From Chlorokybus atmophyticus (taxonomy: Eukaryota > Plantae > Mesostigma and Chlorokybus algae), in the NCBI GenBank assembly GCA_009103225.1, contig RHPI01003256.1, forward strand, positions 70,914 through 134,913: 64,000 bases of DNA, in the 5' to 3' direction. The translations under genes and the position numbers were made by a program. Below are positions 29,817-42,000 of the stretch, piece after piece. The notes under the pieces were generated by a model, which worked only from the letters and a program-made list of their open reading frames with translations, ran no database searches and was not told where the DNA came from. Every line of letters begins with the position of its first letter. The stretch's first letter is position 1.

Positions 29817-32800
29817 GGTCCCAAACACGGTCTGACACTTGGGCTCTAAACTGACCCCAGGACCAAGCCCTAATGCCGGCCGCTCGAAATCGTTGAATGT
29901 TACACGTCCAGTCCTCGATAGAATGTTTGTGCCCAATCCCAGCCGTGCAATGCTGCATGACGAGCTCTACTAGCCGTCGATCTACCTGAGGGCAAGATCT
30001 TGCAGCCAAAAGTAAGCTCTCAACAGCAGCCAATCAGAAAACAGCGTCGTTGCTGGCTTATTTAAGCGAGCGGATAACTTATGCAATCGTACCCCAATAA
30101 CAGACTTTGCCCTAAGACTCTCTTAGGCTAAGCGAGTAATCCCGTGTAAGAATCTAACTGATTGGTCACCAGCAAGCTGCGCAACATTGGTGGTAACTGA
30201 ACATGAGCGTCAAGTCCCTATTATAAGGGACTGAAATTATTATGTGCATGTTTGCAATCTGCAGCATAATAACAAGGGTTGACTCAACTTATCGAAAACA
30301 TTATACGACACATATTGTAATGTATCATATCTCATATCATATAAGTCATTAATTCACTCAAACTTGATTTACTTTGTTCACATTATAAAGACGAAGTTTA
30401 ACAAAGGTAAATCAAATAAGAATCAGCAACACAAAGTGAGAAACATGCACTCACGTGACGTCCTTGAGCAAGTAAATGAAGAAAGGATTGTATAGTAGAG
30501 CATAATGCATTATGTGCCACCTCGCGTCGCACCTACCTAGTGGCGGACGCGCCGTGGCACTTTCTAAGCTTTACATGCTTGAGTACGATTAACCAGTGAA
30601 TATGGCATGCAATAAAGGGCATGCTATCACGCATTGCATTTATAAATTGAATATGGACGTGAGCATCTTGTTCATGCTAGTTGCTTAGGATGTGTAGCAA
30701 TGAGTTCACGTTATCATATTCTTATACAACATGCATTGGCCTTACGCAATTGTTGAGTTGAGGACGTTACAAGATTGCGTGCAAGCGAATGGGTGAGCGA
30801 TCATCCACTTATGGTTTTTGGTGGTCACTTCAAGAAGGTGGAGGTGGAGTAGGACAAACATGAGGTCGATATGTGTCACAATAGCCTTTGCATAAGGCTT
30901 AAGTAGTTATAGATCTCAACAAAACCTTTATACAACATGTGAGCAAAATGTGCTCACATGTGCTCACAAGTGCTCACAAACCTCAACACGTGAGCGCATT
31001 TTGCTCACATGTGCTTGTGAAAATGCCTAACGCCATAGCTGCGACCATAGGCGAGAATCCCCAAAACTTGTAATTTTCGTTGAACTGGGTTGTGTGCTTC
31101 ATTTTATTTAATACACGCATAATCACTCAAGAAACTGCATATACGCATCAGATGCGGAGTGCGCACCAATCGAGTTAAATGCGCTGATCATTGTGGTAGC
31201 ATGTTTTTTAAACGGCACACAACTGCCTTTAACGCTTCACATGCGTATGACGTTGTCACAAAACAAAAATGAGCACTATTTGCAATAAAACGCACAGAAG
31301 GTACACAAATTAGCACGGTGCAGACTATGTAGTCCGTACAAAATGCATGTTAAATTACATGTATTGGTTGTAAAGACATGAAAATGCAATGATGATGATG
31401 ATGATCACTGATCATATAATAAGAGTACATATGTTTACTCACATACCATGTCTTCGTGATATTAAGTAAGTTGAACCATAGAAGTATATAATTGCTTGAA
31501 ATGAAACACATATACATATCTGTAGTAACGAGGGTGTAAAGTATTGCATGATAGACCATGTCTTGATTAATTGTGACTGCAAGTTTCACAATCTTGCTTT
31601 GCCTCAGCTTAACATCAATTTATAAAGATGACCGCTAAGTTGTGTGCTCAAGTGACGGCTTGTAACTTAAGTGAATGTTCGTAAAGTTGAAATTGATAAT
31701 ATAAACATATGTGATGTGATAATAGCTTGCTCAGTATTCAAGTATGTGACATGTTTAGATACATGTTTGATAATGTTGCAAAAGCAAAAAATGGTCATTG
31801 TCTATACAATTTTAAGGGTTGCAGTGCGGTCGAGGCCATATTGTAACATTACATTAATACCAGGCTGGCCGGTAACTATACCGCACTCTTAATTCTGTTT
31901 TTATGCAACTTAGGTAACATGCCATCATAAAAAATGTAGACTCTTACAAATCAAACCCTCTTTGGACGGCATCCCTTATGACGTAAACATTCATGAAAAA
32001 CCACTCGTTGGGGCTGATCGACACATGAGCACGGCGTAAAAGTTTTAAACATGCTTACAAGTATGAAGCCTGCAGCTGGGCAATATGCAATAGTGTTATC
32101 ACTTAAACAACATCCCGAACTTGGTAAGGTGTGCGCAAGTAAAGATAACATGTGTTTGCTTGCATGTATTGATGCTACTGCATGGTTGGTAGCCATGATA
32201 CGCTTCATATTTCATGAGTTACTTCATAAATACCCACTTGATCATGCTGTGCTACGGTGTTTGTATGATTTTGAAAATCTGCTGGTGCTACATCATAGAC
32301 CAATAAATATGCACGTTGATTTTTTCGTGTAGGCCTTCAACTTTTACATTCGACCTATATATGGCACGATTAAAGATCAATACCACACAGCATTTCACTT
32401 GGTAGTGGTCGAATAAAAAGTTCAATTTTTTATACTTTCTACAGTATTATAAATAGCACAATGTAGCCATCCAATTGTTAAGCATGGTTCAATTGTTTGA
32501 ACTCATTAACAACAGCAAGCTTGTCAAAGTGACTTGTGGTGACCCAACCTGATCGATTGTGATCAATGTCACCTACGTAAGCGCTGACAGCTTGTCAGCG
32601 GCGGGCATTATCATTGTACGTCAACTTGAAATGTGTGTGGATTGGTTGCGTATGCTATGCATGCACACATTCTCACGTCCAAAGTTAACATGCCGAGAAT
32701 TGCAAACAAGGCTGTTGCTGCAAGGGCGTCAATGAAGAGAAGAGTGTGCACGTGTATGCATAGTGCAGTGTATCAAGAAGCTACAGAAAATTGTGCATGC

Positions 32801-34396
32801 ACAACAGTGCAATTAGACACGCAGCAGCAATTACTTAGCTTGTTGAACAGCTTCGAGCTTCAGCTAATATGTGTACATATACTAGCATTTCCATCATAAT
32901 AAGTTTTAGGGATGGTTTGTGTTGCTTATGGTTGTAATGCTTTAAGCGATAACATGTAATAAACATGATATGCAGTGGTCAAACACCTTTCCCATCATCA
33001 CATGCGTTGGAGAACGTGTGAACGCTTGCGTTTTTGCTTTACATTTACTAATTGTGGAGTTAATGAGCCTACCGGATAGGCCGCCTTTTACTTGTGGGTA
33101 AACTTGATCATGCAAACACTTACCACATCCACAACTAGAAATGTCAAGAACAGCCTGAGAATCCATCAACATGCATACTCCATGTGTATGTTGCAGTAAA
33201 TGCTGCCTCTCATGTATTGATGTCGATAACTGCAAGCTGCCATTAGAATATGTTAATCATTGTTTATATGCATGTTGAAAGGTTACATATCCAATCAAGC
33301 TATATTTAGAACCGTACTGCGACATACTTAACTGTAATGATGTTAATTTTATAATTGTAGTACGTCATGACGGCTGTCATGCCTGTCGCCCAAGCATGCC
33401 AGTCGTCATCGGGCATGCCTACAGCAAGACCCTCGCCCGGCTTACCAGCATGGCAACCCGCGCGCGCCTCTAACCAGTAGCTAGGTCATGTCCCTAGAGT
33501 AGCTCGTGACCATAGCCTGCAAAGGCACCGCGCGTAGCTGTTCAGTTGTGAGTTCAGTTATAAGTCCGGTTCTATATCGAGTGGGCATTTCCTGTGGAAA
33601 TAGCCTCAATATGACCGTTAGCTTATGTTCTGGACAGTCATGAGTTGACTTGTATAAGTAGGCACAGTGTTCACCGGATCAGCTGGTGACACTGTAAGTG
33701 AGAAAGCTAAGAGCTTGTGAAGCGACTTGAACTACGAACACACCGTCCTGGTTCCCAAGAATCCCCTCACCGTGTGAGAGCCTGTGCATGTTCTTGTGCA
33801 CTGTGCTTGTTCTTGCTGTGAGCTTTGTGTACTTGGTCGCGGTGTGCTTGTTGGCATCAGTCAGGGCGTAGCATCCACGTGTTGCTTGCTCATTCACCTC
33901 ACTTAACAGTGTAATTCCTCCCCCACTCACGCAAAGAACTGTGTAAACAGCACTACCTATAGTAGTGGCTTGTTGACTTACAGTGTCACCCTCTTTGCTC
34001 AAGTGAGTGTAGTTGCAAGCTGTACATCAGCATCGCAATCTGTAGTTGTACACATCACAGTGCAGTGTTGTCACCGTCATCGCATAGCGCGCACAAGCGC
34101 TAGTGTGTTGGGTGATAGCAGCACTGGAGATCCCATTGTAGAACACAAACACTCTACCTTTCATCCACTTTCACCATCGCACCAGCTGTATGAGCAGGCC
34201 CACCCCGTTCTCCCCAATAGACGAGGGTGACCTCAGCAGTTGGAGCCCAACCACCAACCTCACCTACGAGCGGACCAGTGACGGGAGCATCGACCGCAGC
34301 AGTTGAGGCTCGCGCTCCATCTCCGGCTTCACCCCGCTCCACTCTACTCCTCGTCATCAAGCTTCTCCACTATCATCGGACAGCGACGACAACGAG

Positions 34397-36003
34397 ATGG
34401 AGTCTTCCAGTTCCACCACATCCCTGCGCTTCTCCGGACGTGCTGGCACCACCTCGCTGGATGAGTTCATCATCAAGTTCCACTCCAAGATGCGGCAGCA
34501 AGCTTTGAAGAACAAAGACCGGTCAGATGAGATCTCTTTCCACATTGCTGCTCAGTATCTTGATTATGAAGCACACGATGTCTGGAAGTCCGTTGCTGAA
34601 CTGCATCGAGTAGACGGCTATGGCGAGCTTGCCAGCACCATAGCATCTGCATCGCTGCACCGTCCAACAGGTGTCGTTCCACCTGCCACTTCAGTTGCAG
34701 TAACAGGCTTGTCCATAGCTGCAGCTCTCAAGCAGGCAGAGGAGGAGGAACCGGAGTTGGTACTTGTCAACTTGACCCCTGCAGAAGTTGAGTCCAAGGA
34801 GGCCACACGTCGAGTTCGCATCCTTGACCGTTCTGCCGTCATCATTGAGGAACAAAGAGCTGCACAGCAAGCGGCAGCCGCAGAGTGGGGTACTCCTCTA
34901 CCTCCGGCAACACCTGGCTCTCGTGCAGGAGGCAGTACCTTCACCCTCGGGTCAGTAGCACTGCGCGCACCAGCCATCTCCGTAGGTGCTGCCATCTCTG
35001 ATTCGCCACTCAAGGACCTGTACTCTGCCTTGCGCCGCACCTTCCCTCCTCAGACCACCGGCAAGGTTGAGGAGCTAAGACGCTTTCGACGCAAGCCCAA
35101 TGAGGATCCCCTCCGCTTGTACTCCAGACTGGAAGGTCTGCTGAAGGACACTGACTACAGGATTGTCAGTGAGGAGGCTGCTGCAGTGATATACGTCAAT
35201 GAGTTGGATGCTGCTCTGAGCGAGTCGACACGCCTGACTCTGAACTACAGCAGGCCCCTTGGCTACACCCTCAAGGAAGCTTTCGAGACTGCACAAGCCA
35301 TCCATAAGCGCGCAGTGTATGAGAAAGCGGTGCTGGACACCAACCGCAGTGCCTCACGGCCTATGGCAGGCACAAGTGCAGAGCCTCTTCGGCGGGACCG
35401 CAGCCGGGAGCCGCAAGGCATCCATTACAAGGATAAACGGTCAGCTCATGCTGCCCTTGTGGCTCCAGTGCTGTGCCACCGGTGTGGTCGACATGGCCAC
35501 TACAAAAAGGAGTGCACCGAAGATTACGGCAACCTTGTGTGCGACCACTGCCACAAGACGGGACACTTGGAGACAGTATGCTGGCTCAAGTTCCCTGAGC
35601 TGCGGCCCCCTATTGGCTACAACAACAGCAACAACGCTGTTGGCTACCGCGGCCACAACAACCACAACAACAACGGGGGCTACAACAACAGCAACCACGC
35701 TGGCGGCCACAACAACAGCAACAACGCTGGTGGTCGCAACAACGGCAACAACGCTGGTGGCCACAACCCCAACAACAACAACAACGCTGGCGGCCGCAAG
35801 GAAGAAGCTGGCTATAGAGGGAAAAACCGCCCTCCACAGCACAAAGGACTTGAGGGTCCTCGCGCTGGAGCTGCTGCTGTAAAGGCACCAACCAATCCAC
35901 CGGCTATCGACCAAGTGGCAGCCCTGATGGCGCGCGTGGCACAGCTGGAGGAAAACAAGGAGCAGGACTATCAAGCCTGCTATGCTGCTAGGTGGGCATT
36001 GAT
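34397..36003 (+). CDS. gag: Gag with zinc knuckles and an Asn/Gly-rich tract
   Basis: CHRCGRHGHYKKEC and CDHCHKTGHLETVC (CX2CX4HX4C type); ELRRFRRKPNEDPLRLYSRL resembles the capsid major homology region; GGHNNSNNA repeats at ~35620-35790. Confidence 0.85.
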
Positions 36004-39000
36004 NTCTGCTATGTTGCTAGGTGGGCATTGATGGCACCGAAACGGGATAGGGACACTCCCACGCCGTCACGCGTACAACCATCCAGACGGGCGCGCAGGG
36101 AAGCTGGCGCGTCGTCAACAGCGGCATCGTCGGACGCCACAAGTGGTGCTGCCTCGGCAGCCACAACCACCGCTGGGACGACGCCGTCGACGACACCGTC
36201 GGCGTCCACACCGACGGTGACAGCAGGTGTCAGCACTCTTGGCACCACACTGTTCCCGGTGATGGAAAGCACCCACCCCGCAGCAACCATGGTCATTGGG
36301 TTCGTAAATGGTGAATCCACCACTCCTGCCTCCATCGGAGCGACCACATCAACCGCAACTGCTGCCACCCTCACAGCCGCCACCTCAGTGACGACGACTG
36401 CGGCAGGGGCCACCACCATCGCCTCCAGTAGTGCTGCCATACCCACCGCACCACTTCCTGAGGGCCGGACGGCACCGCCACCAGCATTGGACGTCACACA
36501 TCAAGTGCCACGCGGGCCGCAAGCAGAACGCGCCTGGGCGTCGATTCTACGCAACGTGGAGCCCACCACTATTGCGTACGGACCAGGGGGGCAACGCACC
36601 ACGCGCGTGGCACACGATGATCGCATCTTGCCCCTACCACCGCCAGAATACCACACGCTGCCGGAACCCACACAACAGCAGCTGGAGGATGAAATCCTCG
36701 CCGGCACTGCACCAGAGATGAGGGATCGTCTGTTCGGGGTCACGTATCGCCGACCTGCGGTGTTGGAACTGGCCATCCAGTTATTCCTGGCATTACACGC
36801 ACGGTTGCAGGGCGCACCCAGTCAATCGCGACAGCCCATGCCCGCTCAACAGATCGACTTCGAGCCTTCGCCACTGGACCCACTCGGCCTCCAGCGACAC
36901 AAACTCCAAGACCTCGTGGTCACGATGTCTGACATCGCGCTGGGCGCTGATCCCGCCCTCCGGGGGCTCACTCCAGGCAGTCGTCAAGAGCGTTTCTCTG
37001 CACTCGAACAGGTCCATCGGTATCGCATGGACCAAGCTGCCCAAGTGGACGCGCGACGACAAGCGTACGAAGCAGCACACGCCGTTATCGTACCAACCAT
37101 AGCGCCAGCACATGTTGCCAGCGCCTCCACGGCGCCGACCACAGCACACTCCACGGCGATCGCCATTGAGCAGCCGGGACACGCAACTATTGCAGACCAA
37201 GCGAGGGCGTTGGCGCAACAATTGAGGGGAGTAATCGCCCCGCTGCTGCCTCCTTTGGTCGAAGACATGCCTGAGGATCAACGCGATGCAGGGCGAGGGT
37301 ACCTCACCCCGCAAGGGGACACCACACAACGAGGAGGAGCTGGTATGGTGGGGGAGCAACAACTCCGTACCGCACTCATCCGGCAAGCGGTCATGTTGCA
37401 CAGGCCTGAGGGCAACACATTAAGACAGATGATGGGGATGCAAGAGGGCAGTGCCGCTCGAGCTCGTCTCGTGACATGGCTCGTTGCCAATCACCCTGCT
37501 GTCCCCCTGTTTGCCTTTGGCAACCGAGCATCATGGTTGGGGGCATTCGTTCGTTCGCTGCAACAAGCATACGACGAGGCTGCCACCACAGCCCCGGACA
37601 CGCTGGAGGGAGTGCAAGAGGCAATGCTTCGGCTGCCAGGGGTGGAAGCCGCACGGCAACGGTGGCGCATCGCCATTGCTCATGAGCTACACGCACAGCA
37701 GACTGACCTCCAGCGCACCCTACGTGCTCGCGTCATGACTGTGCTCGATGTGGGAGTGGTACAAGGAAGGTGGGATGCCTACATGGCAGGGATCCTACGA
37801 GTCCCCACCATTACTCACGACATGCGGCGACAGCTACTACGCGCCGTATACCTGCAGCCCATGCCTCAATATCATCATTGGACCGACACGGACACCGAGC
37901 CCACGGCCACGTGGGAAGGGACATTGGTCAGAGAAGCGGCTCATGCTGTGCGATGGACGTACGCCGCGGAGCAAGCTGAACGCGAGGCAGGCCCACAAAC
38001 ACCGGGTCCGCCGGGGTTCCCTCCACAGCCACTGAGTACGCCCGCGGGCATGGTTCCAGCTTCGCAGAGGCGTCATCCACCTACGCCGCCACCACAACCG
38101 GCGCCGGAACCTCCAGCACCGAGGCCCCCCCGTGTCTACCAACCACCTCGACAAGGTCGGTTCGGCCGAGGAAGAGGGCAAGGAGGGGGTTCTCCGGATC
38201 CAGCAGGCAGAGGAGCTCTGGCTGCCATGCGCTCAGCATCTCCAACTGAGACAACTGAGTCAGAGGAACAGACACCTCGTATGAAGAGGTTGCGTATCGA
38301 CGCCAACGCTGCCATGGTGGCCAACCAAGGCAAGCACGTTACCATCAACGGTCTGGCACCCAAGCGGGTAATGTTGGACACCGGAGCACAGCCTGTCATC
38401 ATCGGGCGCTTCCTCGCGCGGTCCCTAGGCATAACCAGTTCCGACTTGGTGCCTTGCCCGTACGTGTTGGACACTTCCACAGGTAGCCGGGATAAGGTGA
38501 TGGGAGTCACCAGGGAGGCCTTTTGCATTCGGTTGACAGTGCTGGACCCAACCCACACAACCGAGATCGTCCAGCAATGCGTGGTCACCAATGCCGGCTC
38601 CTTCGACTTTCTGCTTGGGCAGGATTTCAACTTCCCTGTGGGCATGGGCCTCGACTGCTGGTCAGAACGAGCGTGGTTTCGGCCACATTGGGATGAGGAT
38701 GACGGAGAGGTACAAGGTTTCCTGCCTCTCGAGTTGGTCTCGCGCACGCGCGCCCAACGCAAAATGGCTGCCATGGCCACACGCAGACACGCCCGCACCC
38801 GTAAGGCTGTAATGGCCATATACGACGGTGCTTGGACGCAAGTCGCTGCTGGTGCCACAACCCCGTGTCAAACCGGCGACCCCTCTCCCATCTCGTACAA
38901 CGAGGAGCAGGAGGATGCCACCGTGGAAGTAGCATTACAAGAACCAGCTGAACGGCGCTGGCGCGCACAGGTGGACGCACACATCTTGCTCAGCCACCCA

Positions 39001-42000
39001 CTGATCACCACGCGCTTCCCCAACTACCGAAGCCACGCCAAAGTGCAGGACCACCATATGGTGGCCACTGGAGTGGTGGAATTCCACACCTTTTGCAGAC
39101 AACAGGGCATCACAGTGTTGGAGCTGTTTGGAGGCATTGGCAGTGGTCTTGCTGCGGTCCTCAACACGGGCGTGAAGGTTACCAAATACTATTACTGCGA
39201 CCCAGACCCACACGCGCAAACGGGCCTCAAGCACCACTTACGCCAACTGCACACCAGGTATCCACGTCAACTACCCCTCTCGGCGTTGCAAGGCAGCCTC
39301 AAAGCATTGCGACATGACGTCCGGCTGATCACTGAAGATCACCTACTGTCCCTCGGCAACGTCGACCTGTTAATAGCTGGATGGGAATGCCAAGGGCACT
39401 CCAGGGCAGGCAAGGGACAAGGCCTCGCCAACCCTCGCTCCAGGTTGTTCTGGGAGCTAATGAGGATCATCCACCTCCTTCAACACCACCAGATCTCCAG
39501 ACCCCTGGGGTACGTCATCGAAAATGTGCATTCAGAGGACGACAAGCGTCCGCACGTGGCCTCCAGCTACCGACAAGTTTGCTCCATTCTGGGGCACCCA
39601 CTCAAGGTGAACGCGGCACGACATGGCTCGCGCGCACATCGTGTACGTGCCAAATGGACAAAAAACTTGGCCACCGTGGAGGAGCTCATGACCGCCGAAT
39701 GCACGCGCAGCGCTCGGCCGCGCAACCTGCTGGTCGACGACATCCTTGACCCCGGCCGCACAGCACAACCTGTCCTGCATCATGACCACAACCACTTCTA
39801 CCAGTGCAATCAGCCTGGTCAGCCCCGTCGCGCACTCCCCACCTTGGTGTCCTACCCGAGCTCCTACGCATTTCGGAATGGTGGTGACGGGATGGTATTT
39901 GATGCAACCACCAACACGTTGGAAGAACCCAACGCACGCGAACGTGAACGCGCCATGGGCTTCTTCCCCAACAGCATCACAGGTTCATCGCTGACGGACA
40001 ATCAGCAATGCCAGCTGCTTGGTCGCGCCATGGACCAGAACAGCATGGTATGGCTGCTGGAGCTGAGCTTCGCGTTGCAGGGCCGCCACGTGTCCTTCGA
40101 GAATCTCGAATACTTGGCTGGGGGGTGGGCTGATCGCATCGACACCAAGGCAGCTCACACAGCTCTCGAGGTGGTCCACATGGAGGAGCAAGCGGCAGTG
40201 ACAGTGGAGGACATTCCTGTGGTTGCCAATGCGACCTCCTGGGACCATGCCATTGGTCCGTTGGCCATGGAAGACACTCGAGAGAAGCTGGAGACTCTCC
40301 TCAATGAATGGAGGAGCCAATTCAGCTTCAATGTGAAGGAATTGGGTACATGTTCGGTGTACCAGATGGACATCGAGCTAGTGGACACTGAGCCGGTGTT
40401 CCGGCGACAATACAGGCTCTCCAAGTTGGAAGAAGACTTGGTGGAACAGAGATGTAAGGCGCTGCTGGATGCAGGCCTTATCGAAGAGTCCACATCGGAC
40501 TTCGCAGCAGCAACCGTCATGCCCCTGAAGAAGGATTCAGCAGGCAACTGGACAGAGCGACGCATGTGTGGCGACTATCGTCCCCTCAACAACAAGACCA
40601 AGCAAGACCGGTACCCCATGCCCACAGCAGAGGGTATTTTTGATGATGTGGGAGACTGCACAGTCTTCAGCATCCTGGACATGCGTCAGGGGTACAACCA
40701 GATCGCCATCAAGGACGAGGACAAGCACAAGACCTCCTCCTGGGGCAACCGACAGTTGTACCAATGGAAGTTAATGCCGTTCGGGCTGAAGAATGCCCCC
40801 GCCAAGTTTCAACGCGTCATGGACAAAGCCTTGAAGGGGTTGGACTGCGCGCGGTGCTACATCGATGACATCCTCATCTTCAGCCGCAGCAACGAGGAGC
40901 ATCTTCAGCACATCGAAGCGGTGCTGGAACGACTCAAGGGAGTGGGGATGACCGTACACCCCGACAAGTGTACCTTCTTCACCCACAAGGTGCCGTACTT
41001 AGGGCACATGATTGTGCCCCATGGTGTGTATGTGCAGCAGGCAAAAGTAGAGGCGCTGGCAGCTATCCCTGCCTCGACAGACCTCACGCGCCTGCGCGCT
41101 TTTTTGGGACTTGCCAACTATTATCGCCGATTCGTGAAGGACTTCGCGAAGATCGCAAGGCCCCTCAACGAGCTACTGAAAAAGGAGGTGGAGTTCGCGT
41201 GGAAGGAGCCGCAACAGCAGGCCTTCGAGGAGCTGAAGAGCAGACTCACCAGCGCTCCCATCCTTCAACGTCCGGACTACGCCAAGCCTTTCATCCTTCA
41301 CACCGACTGGAGCAAGCTGGGGATGGGAGCGGTGCTGGTGCAGCACGATGAGAACAAGAAGGAGCGGGTGGTGTCATACGCCAGCCGAAGCAACAACAGC
41401 GCCGAGGCCAACTACAGCAGCTACGAAGGGGAGTGCCTCGCTGCGGTGTGGGCCATCTCCTTCTTCCGACCTTTCCTCTGTGGTCGACAGTTCCAACTGA
41501 TCACCGATCATCAGCCCCTCAAGTGGCTGATGACCAACCAACATCTGACAGGGAAACTTGCTCGATGGGCCCTGCTGTTACAGGAATACGACTTCGAGAT
41601 TGACCACCGCGCTGGCCTCACCAACCAAGACGCCGATGGCCTCAGTCGCAACCCCCACCTCAGCACCAACGACGCAACTGGAGCGCGGCATGAGCTCATC
41701 CCTGCAGCAACAACTCCCACCATGGCAGCCATGTTTGCTGCTGCCGCGTTGCGCTCAGGGCGCAAGACCAACCCCACAACCTCAGCAGTGGTAGAGGAGA
41801 TTCCTGCCCTTGAGTCTACCGACCCTGCGGCAATCAATCCCTTGGGGGACGCCCACGCAGCCGACATTGACGTCGAGGACACAGAGCTGGCGCCCACTGA
41901 CACCAGGCAGGACATATGGCACGACAAGCCATCACTCTCCTTTCTTCAACGTGGCCATCTCCCCTCTGGCATGAGCGCTCGAGAGAAGGACCGGGTCAAC

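Noticed and set aside
31560-31800. Harbinger transposase remnant (VLK*RL...DVIIACSV)
   Set aside because: Too many stops and too short to support by eye; would need a tBLASTn/HMM hit.
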